A stretch of 64,000 bases of DNA, from contig MCFE01000445.1 of assembly GCA_002104905.1 (NCBI GenBank), positions 1 to 64,000 on the forward strand, written 5' to 3'. How positions within the stretch are numbered: position 1 is the first letter of the stretch; the number at the start of each line of letters is the position of its first letter. Positions 11,844 through 27,800 of the stretch are shown piece after piece. The notes under the pieces are model-generated. The model did not search any database. It was not told the DNA's origin and saw only the letters and a list, made by a program, of their open reading frames with translations. Both the position numbers and the translations under genes were made by a program. This DNA is from Basidiobolus meristosporus CBS 931.73 (taxonomy: Eukaryota > Fungi > Basidiobolomycota).

Positions 11844-12855
11844 TTACTTGCTGGCTGATTTTTCCCATTGAGAAACGCCGCCCATGAAGGAAGTAATCGC
11901 ACTGTCAAGAAGCGTTAGTGTATGAGCGCCAAGAATCCAAAAACCCAGGACAACTTACCCTACAGTGCCTACGACACCTTCATTAAGATGGATGTAGTTC
12001 AATCCAGCAAGTGGAATAATCATGTCAAGGGAATCAATAACGAATTGGTACAAGACACCATTCTTGATGCTAATCAGGATATACCAATTTAGACATTGCG
12101 TTCTGTTATGAATTCTTAACTATGCACTTACGTTGACAAGTTGGCCAATTGAAGCTTGTTGTTAGCGGTTGAGCCACCGGCCTCAGTTTTCACAGCCTGA
12201 ACTCTCTTCAAAACGCCATACTCAAGATACAATTGTCTCAATCTGTAGAGACCGGCCAACCAGGAGAACACAATGGCGTACAGCCAGTAGCGGTTGGAAT
12301 GATCATTGTACTTCTTGATGTTTTTGAACTTGTACAGTCCTACGCTGTCAATCTATTGCTTCACGTTAATAGATCTCTTAGGAGGTATCACCACTGCATA
12401 CGTACCCAGCACAGCATGTCATAAATGAAGTAGAGGCCATTGGCACCGCATTTACCAATATTACAGATTCTAAGAACGGTATCTTTGACTGAGTAGGAGT
12501 TGGCGATGCCCTGTACCATTTCGATGGGCTTACCTAAACGCAGTACTACATACAAATTCAGATACGAAGAATTAGCGAATTGTAGATGGTGACACTCCGT
12601 CGGATGTGGCGCAACGCCAGCTGTCCCGATGCATCCCGATTGTTAACCGTATTCCGTGTTCGTGTACTTACGTCTACGAGCAAGACCCAAGTGAGCCTTC
12701 AGCTTTTCAACTGCAAGATAGGCATCTTTCGAATTTTGACGCAAGAGGTACCAGGAATAGAAACGGGCAAAGTACTGAACAAATCGATACACTTTGTCAC
12801 GGCCATTGGTAGTAGCGAGGAAATTTACGTAAGTGTTAACTGTGTTGGCAACCAT
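11844..12855 (-). CDS. PEX11: Peroxisomal membrane protein Pex11, 5 exons
   Basis: MVANTVNTYVNFLATTNGRDKVYRFVQYFARF..LARR|LLRLGKPIEM..YFIYDML..DSLDMIIPLAGL..GVVGTVG|AITSFMGGVSQWEKSASK*. Splice sites are canonical. Confidence 0.92.
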
Positions 12856-13851
12856 TTCTGTAGCGTATGTGGAGACGAGGACTGGAGAATTAAATAAAGA
12901 GCGAACTTGGAATCTGACTGTATGAAATATGTTCTTGGACCCCCAGGCTGCGCTGCAGTCGTTCACTGTTATATAGCAGTACTGTGGTGGCTCGGCGTAT
13001 CCCGGATGAAGTTGTGACCTGGATTTCATGTATCACAACTCTGGGATGAGATAATATATTGATAAAAATCTCATCTCTGAATTCGAAATGCTAGCGGACA
13101 GCTGCTAATTGGCCAGGGCCGATATTTGCTTGGTCATGGCTACCAAACCTTGCCTTGGCCAGAATTACTTCCCACACATCAAGATGATACATTCCACGCT
13201 CTAAATGGGAAGCTTCTAAAAGAAAATACCACTAGATGGATTCTGGTGGATCAGTGGTTTCTCACTCGAGACAAGCTTCTGTGGCTCCATATATAAATGA
13301 TTTGGGTTCGGCCAGCTCCCATTGACACCCTTCGATCGGAGAGTGTATTTACTGTGGGGCCAATACTGCCCCGAACCCATGTAATGCAGCGATCATTTCA
13401 TGCAGCGTTGGAGATGGAAATCTCTGGGGCAACAGCTCCATGGTGTATTATCAATCTCTATTGCAACATACGGGCAATAAAGGCTATATCGTATCCACCA
13501 GATCCCAAGCCTCAGCCTCAACACACGCCATCGCTTGGTGGATCTTTGCGGCTTTCGTTGCACAAAACACCGTCAGAGATTCCAAGATCTCAGGGTAGAG
13601 TTAGCTGGGAGTTACGCAAGATTGTTAAATGGCAGCTTAAAATAAGCGATTTAGCGTAGGCCGATGATTACACGAAATTCAAGTTCGAGAGTCAGCATCC
13701 AACAGAAGGTGGGTTATTTTAGGCGGTGATAATCAAACTATCGAATCAGAGCTCGCCGCTCGGCAAGAAACGCGATGGAGCCAATAGCTACCAAGAATAA
13801 AGCCGTCTTATGATCATGATAACAATAAGTTTCTAGCTTTCGTGAGCGTGA

Positions 13852-15337
<1,486 letters not shown>

Positions 15338-17571
15338 CCGGCTCCTCCCCACTTGGATCCCTCGGCTTCACCTTTGACCCTCGGATGTTCACGGTTTCGG
15401 AATTTTGAGACGTTGCTGATTTTTATGTTCTCTTTTTGATTGATCAATTTATGAATGTGTAAATAACTAATCTAGTAAAATAGCATATTTCTCCATTTCA
15501 ATGGTCTACCCCATTCAAGGCTGCACCCAGACCCATGGAGTTGGTTGGAAACTTACGACCTGCATCAGACTGAAGGCTCAGGTCAAGCTTTGCAACCACC
15601 CATGAATGGTACAGTCTCTGTTGGGAAGGCCTGAGGAAATATTGCCACTGGCAGTTTGCAACACCCCCATATCTTTTTTGTATTGTGTTGTATTGTATAG
15701 TAGATAGCCATGACAATTATAAGATAAGTGACTTGATGCTCACAGGTCTGGTTCCAACTAGATAGTGTGCCTTCCAAGTGCTCTCTCTACTCTAGGCTGT
15801 CATGGCCTGAAGGGGGCTTTGAAAAGGAATCTTGAGATCTGGTGAGGCTAGTAGAGGCCCAATTGTCTAGTGGCCATTTCGATTGTCAGACACGGACAAG
15901 GAATGTTGAGCAGCCAGGGATGGGTCAGTCGGAAACCATTGCGCGCTCTATGCTGCATTCGTGTGCAACCCACCCAAGCAACCTTTGCAATGCTCCAATC
16001 CGGCAAATGCTCACATTATAAATGCATAATCGTGGGGGAGGGCACATTCTTGTTGGACGATTTCTCCCGGACAAGAAATGGGGATCTAGACAGTGACTTA
16101 TGCCACTAGAACTTGCACACAATGTCTTGGTGTGGGCCAGAATCTGGTGCAAAAAGGACCCGGTGAGGACAAATACCTTTCCAAGTTCCCTCTTTGTTTG
16201 CCCAAGTTACAGATTCTCAAGCTTCCGCCACCGTTGGTGCCACTCACTTGAAACATGAGTACTCGGCAGACATTGTCTACGGACGGTGTAACCAAAGTGA
16301 TATCAAACCTCTCTTGTTGATCATTTCATATCCAGTACAATGAATAAATTCCTCAAGGGGATTGTTGTAGAGGGGGATTTAGGGGAATGTAACGAGGCAT
16401 CCTGTTTATTCTCCTAAGCAGCGGCCGTATTCCTTCCGAAACCATTGTCCTGATAAAGCCATATGATTAATTATGCACGTAGGTAACGATGAAGCAGATC
16501 AATGAGCAAGCCAGCAGTGGTGCCTTGTGAGATGGGTGTGGTATTAAGTGGACAACGGTTGAGAAATACTGGATTTTTCTTGAACGATGGAAATGGGTTT
16601 CCGGTTGGCAGACAAGATTTCGTGATTTTCCACATAATTAGATGCTTTCCAAGGCGGCTCGTCGTAGAGCAACCATAACAGTTGTCGCACCTTGCTGGGG
16701 GATCGGTTAGCGTTCGCCGAGTTGAAGATGGGCGGCGACTATTCGCCAGGCCCCCTGCCCCCTTCCCTCCCCCAGTGACACCGGAGGAAGATGGCACTGC
16801 ATACCGCATGCATCCAGAAGAATGCAGCTCGGGATGATTTGTGAATTACTTAATCATGGGTATTTCTAGAAGTGGCCACTGATTGATGTGGTCATTTGGG
16901 TGCCAGAATCAATTACTGGCTACGGAGTTGTTCGCATCCTACCTGATTGTTCGGTACATTGGGAGCACGATTGGCGCAATGGGCAAAGGCAGAACGGAGA
17001 TTTTTCCAGAATCGAAATACCGAACAGGCTGTGAAACATTGGGTTGCTACGCTCGGGCATCACCAGGTCGAGTCATCACCAGATGCTGCTGGTTCTGGGA
17101 TGGTCCACTGCATCCCCTCATAGGGCAATGGTCAAGGTACAAACATCATGCGGTGATGCCATGCATCCATTATGGGGAGAGGAGCCATCGCAAGATTCCC
17201 AAATCCTGAATCGCCCAGGAAATTTCGCTAACCCAAGATGTTTACGCACCTGCAGCACCTGCACACGTCGGGGAAGATGTGGCGATGCCTGCGATTTCTA
17301 CCGCCCTGCGATGAATGGGATTCCACGCACGGGAATCGATTTCCATGGGGGCACACTGATTAGGCGAAGTGACACATCTTGGGTGCCTTGAGCCGCCAGA
17401 ACGCTCCTATTGGTGAGCAGGGTTGTATTATCAATCCTTTCAATATTTATACATAAATATGGATCACTTGGCGAACGGTATATACAAGAACTGATAAGAC
17501 ATGAGGATGTGATAAAGCGAGGAAAGGGACTTGGAATATGAAATACATAGTCATAGGGCCCGCGTCCCTAT

Positions 17572-18844
17572 TCACCGATGAAACCGGTGCTCCAATACGT
17601 TGGGCATGGAGTATCTGGGTTGTGAATATACAGGTGATGTGGAATGGTACCCTACACATTCGATCGATGGGAGCAGTAAGGACACCGGGTTGGCCACGGA
17701 GCTCTTTCGACCATGGTTGTACGGGTAGGGCGCCACCACCCTGTTACGCTTGGTTTCCATTGCTCTATAACTGTGGAAATCAAGCTCACTGTCTCTCCGC
17801 TTTCGGGAAGAGGTGTTGGCGATGACATTGGGGACTGGCTTCATTGCAGCTAACCAATGCTCCGATATCATGTACAGGGATGGTTGGTTGGTGGGGGTTG
17901 GGACAGGGTTTCGGGCCATGGGGAGGTACTTTCCGTTGTAAGGGTGGAATGTGCTTCTAGGTGTAGCCTTCGCGGAAGGGGCAGGATGTGATAGATACTG
18001 TCTAGACTTTTTGTGGGTGAAGCTGTCGGAGTAGCGACGCTGATTGCTATACGAGGTCTTGGTAGTTGATGCGAGGCTCGGGGCAGACGACGCAGGCTTG
18101 GCGAGGAGCGATTCAAGTTGGGAGTTCAACTCTCCTGGCGTAATACGCAAGTCGAATTTCTAGGAACAGGCTGTTTAGTTTGGGTGTTGCCGAGGGCTAT
18201 CCAATGCCACTACTTACCAACAACTCGAGTAGCTGCCGTTCCATCAGATTCACCTCGGCCAGGGAGAATAATGATGTGTATCGAGCCCAGTACGTGTTCT
18301 TCGGCGATGCGTCATTGAGATATTTGCTGGCGATGATGAGGGCAGCCAAAAATATCCGATGGCAAGTACACTGCATGCCTGTTGATGAGGGTCTATGAGT
18401 GTCGAGATCGGGGATATATTCTACATCAGATGCCTACCTCGTGCAAACTCGGGCAAGCTCTGTCTTAAACGATCCAGGTATACCATGGTGCATAGGAACG
18501 ATGGCGTATGAACCTTCGATCTGGCCGCTAGCTCTCTGATGAATGTGCTGAGGGGTGGGATTTGTGGCTGACGCTCCACGGGAGAGAGATAGGATCGGTA
18601 GGAGCCCACAGTGGTGGGCGTGGAAGGAGGTGATGGCAGTTGTCTATTATCGGAGTCGCAGGTGGGTGTACACTTGATCACCGCAGCCGCTTTGGATGTC
18701 ACCAAGTCTAGGAAAGCAACGACGGTTTAGAACGAGGATGTGGGGAGAGAGGGAGCCAAGGGACATACCAATCATAGCATCAGTGATTGGGGAGCTCATC
18801 AGGGCAGCCATGACGCTGTCACTAGGGCCATTGGCATCCGACAT
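17572..18844 (-). CDS. Pho85-type cyclin (Pcl1/Pcl2 family), 4 exons
   Basis: MSDANG..ITDAMI|DLVTSKAAAVIKC..PPLSTFIREL..SKVHTPSFLCTMVYLDRLRQSLP..|GMQCTCHRIFLAALIIASKYLNDASPKNTYW..EVNLMERQLLELL|KFDLRI, followed by a S/P-rich tail. Confidence 0.9.
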
Positions 18845-21800
18845 GTTCGTTTGGTTTGGTGGGCCCGAGGGAGTGGAAGCGATGAACAAGAAATGTGGGA
18901 AAATGGCAAAGAATCGCAGTGATTGCTGATTTACAATACGCACAAGGGTAATCTATCTTTCAAATTGTTGACAAGTGCAATGGTGTTGATCAAGGATATT
19001 TCTGGTGGGAAGGAGCCGTGGCTTTTATACCATGAACAACGAGAGCCATCCTGATCGGAATGGCTGAGATGATTAGAGCAGCAGGCAGCTACCAATCTGA
19101 TACCCGCGTTTCCTACAAGCAACAACTCAGATCATAAGATTATAGTCAGGTTTTGGAACAGGGGCAATCATATAGGATCCGTAATAGATTTTGTAACAAA
19201 TCCATATGGCACTGATGCACAAGTCTCTAAATTTACAAGCACCACTCGCCAATCACAGCCAGCCTTCACGTTACTAAATCTCAGCGTAGTCACAGGTTGA
19301 CTCTGGAAAGTTCAACAGTGATTTCAACTGCGCAATAGGGATGCATCCTTTTTGGTAGGATATGTCATATTGATCCTAATTTAAGCTAGAATATTCCTGG
19401 CCAAAAGCGAAGTACCTAATCATGATTGATTATGAAGAACTGCACAATACAGACCTAACGTTGCCCAGTAATATGCACCGGAGCTTGCACAAGAGCTCAT
19501 CCCATCAACCGAGCCATTTGGGCCAACGCTGTTGCGAGCGGTCTGCGTGATTCGTCCGTTGGTGGAATGATTCTTCCTTTGCCAACACACCCAATATTGC
19601 GCTGGCAGAGCAATCTGGGTGATTCAGACTCGGGTGCGGATTGCCAAATGATGTCAACGTGCCAGGCTGAACGTGATGATTCCATTTGCCCAGATCAATG
19701 CATACAATTTTAGAGGCCCTATATCCGTCAAGTCCAAAAGGATGCTGCTGGTGCGTAGCGTCGGTGAAATAGGAGTTTGTGTACTGCAGAGGAGCTGGTG
19801 CGCTGTTTCATCGATTACTAATTCGCGAGATAGGCTGGCACGGAGTCAACCACGATACCAAGCCTCGATCCCCTATGCCATCCTTGCCCCCTACAAGGCA
19901 GCCATTCCGATTCATGGTCCAGAAACCATTAGCCCCAACTTCCAAGCGCTAGGGATAAGTCCCACTCGGATGGATGTGTTGCTGGCACCTTGTGAGCAGC
20001 TAGATTGCAAGCGGTGTGCTCTGGTGAAAGTCTTCGCTAGCTTGAGTGGTGCCCACGGCTTTGCCGCATCAATGGCATGGCTGGCTGGATTCCCACTGCT
20101 GCTGACCAGGGTTTCCACAGCCGCTGCAAGCGACTGCGCAGGTTGAGGTTGCGGTGAGAGACTGAGTCATCACTGAAATCAATCATAGGGAACCGAGAAG
20201 TCCATCTATTTGATGTCTTATGGTGTGTGACACTAGGGTGAGATGGGTGGGGGTTTGGTTCGGTTTGTTCCATTGCTTTGTAAAACTGCTTGGTTAGGGA
20301 GCAGATGTCCAACATCGTACAAGGAATGCTATGAAAGCCCTTCATTTTACTTTTATCCGACTGAATCGCAGCAGCGGTCCTGAGGTTGTGTGATGAGAAC
20401 GCTCGGGTTGGACCAATTGAGCCACATAGTGAGGCAGACCGATAGGCCTAATTTGGAATATCATCTCCTTTGGTATCAAAGGTTCCAGTAGAAAATACCG
20501 GGCAGCATGCTGAGCAAACTGGCTGGCAGAATGCAGTAGCTCCCAAAGTCGAATGGAGCAGCGATAATCTGGCTCTGAAACACTTGTTACAGCTCAACAT
20601 CACGGAGCACTGTAGGTGTTCCGACTTGGATTCTACCACCAGTAGTGGGGCTGGCGCATAACCGGTTGACCGATGGAGACATGTACCGGAATAGTCTGAC
20701 ATTGTTTTCATGTGCTTGCTGCTGTATCAAGCAATGGGTTCGGCTGGTTTGGAATCTAGTCGTCCCAAGTATGGGTGGAGAGTGTGAATGCCCGCTGAAT
20801 CCCACTGAAGCCCCCATCGATCCCGTTCAAGCTCAAGCGGCCTTCTGGTGTCAAATGACAGGGATGCCTACCAGATCGCAATTAATATCCGCAGATCGTT
20901 CTGAATTTCCTATTCACCTGGTGCGCTGGGCTGTTTGGACATGAAATGACCGGTTCGCTCGACTGCATAGGAAATTAGGGGTTGACACCTCTCATGGACG
21001 TTTCATCCCTTAAAGCAACCCTCCTGCAACGGAGAGTTTGGCGTAGCTGTGGGTTGCGATCCGAGTAGCCGCTGTAGGAAGAAGGATGTGTACCACCACT
21101 GGCACCAGGCCCCCGATCCTGTTGGTCTTGAGGATTTGTGGTTACCAAGACATTGGTGGTGTTTCGATGTTCTGATAAGGTTGCCAGCCCAGCAGACTGT
21201 CTCAAGGGAATACAGAGTCATTGGCTTGGGTGAGGTTAACCATATGTTTTAGGCACTTCTTTCCTGACTGCTTTGATTTCTTAAATGGAACCGATGAATT
21301 AGTATGAAACGCATCATCTGAATGGATGGTTGAAGAGGGGGATGCCACTTGTGCTACCATCTCCGACAACATCAGCCATGAACGTCACTCAGCCCAATCG
21401 TCCATCCAATTTTAGCAGCTTCCGCATTAGACGAAGACCGTTCTTTCTGATAAGAGTCACTGGTCCTGAGATTTTGTTGAACGCGATGGGGGATGTCTAG
21501 GGTTAGACTATACTAGTATATTAAAGGAAGCCAAAGCACCACTCTTTGCATCATTGTCTGATGTTTTAATCTAGTGAGAATTGGGCAGTGTCTGAGACCT
21601 TGAGGCCATGGATTTGGGTTCGTCGATGGAAAATACAAACTCTGGGGGTCATATGATGGCCAGCCAATTCCGCTGCCATCGATAAATGATGGTAGCCAAT
21701 CCCCATTGGCACCGGCACCGTCACTGCAAAGGATCCACGATCATTAGCAAGCCTGTCGATATGGTCAAGGCCCCATCTTACTCGACCAGCAACATCGGAG

Positions 21801-24800
21801 GGAATTGATAGGATGCGCGTTCGCTCCCATTTCCCATTTACCCAAGGATGTCAACAGGCTTCCCAAATTGGCTTTCGAAAGCACACTGACGCAAGCCGTC
21901 CGGAAAATCCCCTAGCGGTGGCTGACATGCTGATCATAATGTCCTCCTCGCACCATTCCAAGGGGTCAGCCAGAGCACCGTCCATACCATTGTCGCACTT
22001 GGGCGGGGCCTTTCTTGGTTGCATTCTCGTGCATGCCATCGCCCCGCCGCCCGCATTGGAATCCTCAGCGATCCTGGCCACCAGTGAGCGCTTCCAGCGG
22101 GAAATGATTCCAGCAAACTGCATCTGGATTAGGCATTTCCCACTCGAATAAAACTGGTTTCGGAAATGTTTAACACACTTCTCGGCTCGTCAGATCCCAT
22201 GAAGATTCCAAATTGGCCAGCTGCGTGTAGTCGAGACATAAACAGCATCAAACAACAGTGTTAGTAGCCTGGGCGAATCCGCCTGATTGGATGGCCCATA
22301 ACAAAGCATCTTTTTATAAACCAAGGAGAACTGGGCAAAATCATGCGCATGGCCGTTGATAAAAGCTAAGGATAGAGGCTCTGATGTGATCCTGTGGCAT
22401 TGTAGGGAGGACGGGTGGAGACGAAACGAAGTGACATGTCGGGACAAATGTCAGCTTAGTGGTATCTAGTGAGCAGGGGTGATGAGTTACTTTTGGAGAC
22501 CGCCCCGCTTCGCATGCTTCTGCCACAAGTTCCCAAGAGTTCCCAGAGGTGGACTATGGCTTAGCAAGCTCTAGTGGTGCTGAGGTTAATTAATGTGTTG
22601 GTTAGCGCTTGCCTCTGACAGAAAGTTCACATTGGACGTGGCTGAAGATTGGGTCGTTGAGGATGGGCTTCCTATTGGAGATCTTCATCACAGTCATTCG
22701 TAAAAATCAATGATTCAAATGGCTATTTGTGTGATGGCCATCTCCATTTGCATTGATGTTCAGAGAATTTTCTTTGGCGTAAGAGCATCGATTCCAACAT
22801 GTCTGAGCTTGGCAATCTCATCACTGTTAGCCGCGCACCAAAGGTGCTATCAATAGTGATCGAGACTGTTTAGTCCGTATTTAATATCAATATGGCTCGC
22901 TGGTTGGTGAAATCACAAATTTAGCTCGGAACGCAGGACCAACAGCTATTGCTCAATATGGGCCTTGTTGATACATCTCAATGAGAGTTCTCACACAGTA
23001 GTGCAGGTTTTAAATAGGGTTATCACCAGAACTATCTGTTCATCAGAGTCAGCTAAGACAATGGCCATTATCACTTCGATGATGATAATGAACATATGTG
23101 CAATCTGCTCGTGGTGGCCTCCAATGGTAGCTGGTGCACGTTCCTCAAATCATCTAGCAATGACTGTGTCATATAATGAAGGACTTGTTAAACTTGACTA
23201 CCCCAACTTCACTTGATTCAGCAGCGGTGGGATTTATTTATCCCCAATACTACATCGCCGAGTTTTACAACTGAAGTGATGCTTACTCCTCACTAATCAC
23301 CCAGAATAACTTATTCTATCCTTTTCTTGGCGGTCGCTTTGATAACACCATACTTGGGTTGTCTGGCTTTACGCCCATCCACCCAATAGACTCTGCCATT
23401 CCCATTCTTTGTTACCGTATATGATGCTTGGTAGAAGTGCGAGCCCATCACATCAGTCTTGAGAACTGCCTCCCTGACTGAGTAAAATATTGCAAGAGTA
23501 TGGTATCATAATGACGACGCCCATCTGCAGGAAGCCAGTTTAGCAAGAATTCCAGGAGGACTGGATCGATGCATGATAGTAAACACAGATCATGGTTTGT
23601 ATATAGGAGTGACAGAATTAATTTATCTAGTAGTTGTGGAACTTTAGTGGAAGATGTTGAATAATTCACTCAAAGTACATCTTGCTGCCGGCATCTAGTA
23701 TAGTCTAAATTAATGACGATTTTGTTGTAAATAGATAGTTTTGCACCTATTCACACATCATTTCTCACTTAGTCTGGTTAGAATCCATTTCCATGCCATG
23801 CTTTTGATTGATACTTTAAGGTTGTGGAGGTATGAAGTTGCAGTCTGTCCTGGAATAGGGATCCATATATGGTACCTGTATTTTGACAGCATTCATAGCA
23901 CAGTCCTGTGGTGGAGTTGCTGAATTACCAAATGCATGGGCACGTGGATCAGTCAAGCAACAAGTGGATTCTGTATGTGGTCAAAATAGCAGTTATCAAT
24001 TCAGACAGGTTTTGTTGGATGGCTCTCCAGAACTGCAGCATGGCAATTAGTATTTCAACTGTCTGTCCAAAGTATTGCTACTTGAATCAATACACCAATT
24101 GATAAAAAAGCGTGATTGCATGTATTCAAATTCTTATTATTTAATGAGATTAAGAAATTAACAGACTTTGAATAACGAACTACAAGTTCTCAATATATCT
24201 TAATGCGTGTATATGCGATGGTTTTACTAGCCAAACACTACTGCAATACCAAGCTATGTGGAAGCATTGTCTCCAAATTACACCCAACAACTGTATTTAT
24301 GAGTGTAACTAGAGGCTGTGGGCACTAGGTACATCTGGGGTTATTGATTAACTCTTTGCCCTCTCATACATGTTTCAACTGTTCATCAAAACACTGCTGG
24401 ATCCTGCACAGCCACTCTCTGAACAGGAGATATAATATTGCACTATAGAAGGCTGAGTATGGAGAATTTGAATACCATTGCAATGTTGGCCCAGGCTACT
24501 ATCCAATGAGATTATGCATGCTATATACAAAACTATTATTTAGGTCCTAGTGCTGCACTCTTAGAGCTCACCTAGATCAACTGTAATGTGTGTAAATCAT
24601 CCTGATGTCTTATCTAGCAATCTTACTGGAATCTGGGCTTTTGGTAACCATTCTTTTGAATTAAAGGCCCGATATGTTCTAGGTAGCCTAAATCTTCCTA
24701 ATCTTCAGTAAATTACTTGTATACCATACAATACATATCACTTGTATGAGCTGTCAAAGGCCTAGATAGATGATTCTCATTCAGCGCATCTGATAGGTGA

Positions 24801-27800
24801 TGGTATACTTACGTCTAGAATCACTACCAAGTCTTCCAATCCATTGCTTCCGCAACAACTATCAGTGACACTTGTGCCAACTAAATCGAAACATAAGTCA
24901 CTGAGACTTCATAGATGCTACATTAATTCTGAGATAATGGAAAATAGCTTGGGTCAGGTGCTTAAGGCATTGTTTGTGACAGGTCAAAGAATATGGTTTC
25001 CATGCTCTAGAGAGGTGACCATTCATATCCAATATCAAGTCACATTGACAAAACGACATTGGGTCTAGAATCCCCTCACTGGTTCGAGAAGCTTTATGAT
25101 CTTTTCAATTAGAAGCATTAGGTGGATCTCATCGCAAGCCTCAAATACGCATACTTGGCTTGGCACGGTTGTGACACAAGTAACAACTTTTGTGGTGATG
25201 ATATACTTAATTGATACGCATTGCCACTCATCCTTTGAACCGACTAGTATATTTATGGTGGATAGATGTTCGCTCAGACAGGGCCAGTCAGAGGTGTGTC
25301 AGGAAAAGAGGAATCAGTTGAATGCTTCTTGGCCCAGTTTTGCCTATCTCCATCAAAATGAATGGTTTGATGTCATCAGTCGGTACCCTTCCGGAAACTT
25401 TGAAACTGAATGCATCTTACTCATTATGATTTTATGGTTTATGCAGATTATTTGCTGTGTTGGGCTTGGTTCCCGGCTACCCCAAAACATATCAAAGCCG
25501 AGGTACATGAGTCGGCCGATGAGAACACCGGCAAAGGCCGAAAACGATTCCTCCGGTCTTGGATTTGATCTGTCCCCCAGAAAATCGGAGCAGGGAATAT
25601 TCAAGTGCTTTGTCGTGATCAAGCCTGAAAAAGCATCATCACAGCAGCATATGGTAGCATATGCAGGAGTTTTATTAGTGGTACGAGTATATGTGGAATT
25701 GGTGCCCAGTCTAATAATAGGCTACAGCGTAACTGCATACATCCGCTTTTGCGTTTCAATACATCCCTATGGCCAGGCGATTAATTAGCCCAAGACTGTA
25801 CTTAGAGCCAATTTAGGAGAACCGGATTTTTAGCTATCAAAATTTCCAGCGCTCAACGACAAATATTGTCTAGGATTTGCGAACTGCCCCGCGAACTGGA
25901 GGTGTATAAGTGATAAATAACTTCTCCCAGTGAGCCCATGGAGGAGGAGAGAACTGGGTAGGGTCGCCACTGGCTCAAGTGGTCTCATTTGATCACGTTT
26001 ATACTACTGGGAAGGATTTAGTGGTCTATGGAATCACCCGAATATCTCCACTTATCTCATACATCACCACCTCCATCCTGAAACACGTTTGACCATCAAC
26101 CTGGAAATCCAGGAAACGATTGAGCATCGCCGGTCAGAGCTCACCAAGCTAGATCAAGTATCCAGTGAAGATCAGTTCTGAATAATCATATTACTGGTAC
26201 GAGTAGGGGACCACTGGGTTGGGCTGAATTAGGCCAGGTTTCTATGGGTTGACAAAGCTAGTCTTGAGAGGCTGGTGTTTTCAGGTTGGCGGGTAGACCG
26301 TTGGAAGCACCACTTATTTGGATGTTTGAGTTCCCTTTCCAAGGTTTTGCGGGGGAAGTCAGGGACGAGGATCCTACCTAGTAGCTCTGGGGAAGCAGGA
26401 ACTAGCACGGTGAAACGACGTGTGTGGTGATGTACCATTTGATTAAAGAGGCTTGGATCCGTGGACCCAGCACTGCTAATTTGCATCTCCAGATGGTTTA
26501 CAATGGCAACATATATTTATCCCAGTATGAAGTATTCAGCTGCTTGACTAGTGTATAGGAGACTTTGAAACCCTAGTATCAATGAGTGGTGGTCCCATGA
26601 ATACTAAACTTCGCCAATCCATACGCTGCGCATAATATGCCCATTTAAATGAAACTTGGTATTATATTTTACATTCTTTAATACGTCACTAGGCATCCTC
26701 GATGGCTCAATCATAAACCTAAAACTTGCCGATACACCGTGTCAATCGCCATCCCAAGTATTCAAATGGATCCTCGACAATGGCCAGTTAGTGTCACTCC
26801 GCCGGTAGTGCGGTCATTCAGGAAACCCCCAACCCCCACTTGAGACCACTATGCCGATGCTCTACTGGCCACATTAATCGACGCTCGATGAGAGTGTGGT
26901 AGAGTGCTCGATTTGAATCAAGACCGCAAGGGAGACGCTCCTGTTTGGCCATACGTTGGCGAATCGCAGCGAAAGCAGCTGTTTACCGCTGATGGGATCT
27001 TAGTGGAGGAGGGTTTGACACCCTGAATTTCGCAACCATGGACTGATTAATTTGACCATGCTTTGGTGCGAGCGTAAATGCGTCGAGCTCACTGGTGTTT
27101 AGCAGCACTGATTCATCGTGGATGCCTGCTTATCCCGATACATGACTAGGAGTAGGGAACTGGTAAAACTGGCTCACCCCCGCCAGTATTTTCCGATTGG
27201 CTTCAGCCACCAAGCCCGATCCCACCTTTTACGTAAGCATCGAGTATAGAAACCCCCATCGAAAACCACAGTTAAACCTACGGTTACCATATTGGTCAGG
27301 AACCCACATGATTCAGATTGTTGTGGGATTTACCGATCTACCAGCAAATTAACTCAATCGAATTTCAACCACCCCATTCCATATCACAGATCTGGGCTTA
27401 TTGTGGCGATGGTGACACGGACCAGATCCAGATTTCACACACGTTTACCTCAGATGAATGCGTGCGAAATGGGATGTACGTAGTTGGCAGATGGCAGCAT
27501 GCGCATCCACGAGATTCACTTCAGGGATAAGCAGTGAGGAAGGTTACTCGTGTGGTGGATCGAGCATCGGCAAGATCATCACCGATAAGCTATGAGAGGT
27601 GTCCTCAAGGGCCGAGCTCCTGATCTTGCCGAGCAAACGCTTAAGCTCCGAGTGCAGTGGGAGTCATAGGCAATTTGCTCTCAATCGTTTGCAACGTGAT
27701 GGCCCAGAGGGATGACGACACCAAGACGTGCTCGTTGATACCTAGCATCGTTTGGGGACATAGGATCTTGCTCCCTTACAAACAATCAGGCCCGGTGCTA

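Noticed and set aside
13297-13659. 120-aa ORF between PEX11 and WDR5
   Set aside because: It has no motif and sits in a divergent promoter region, so it is likely a chance ORF.
15870-17391. Cluster of 65-115 aa ORFs; a GSGMVHCIPS string resembling a tRNA-synthetase motif
   Set aside because: The ORFs overlap on both strands, have no consistent frame or splice model, and the motif similarity is too short.
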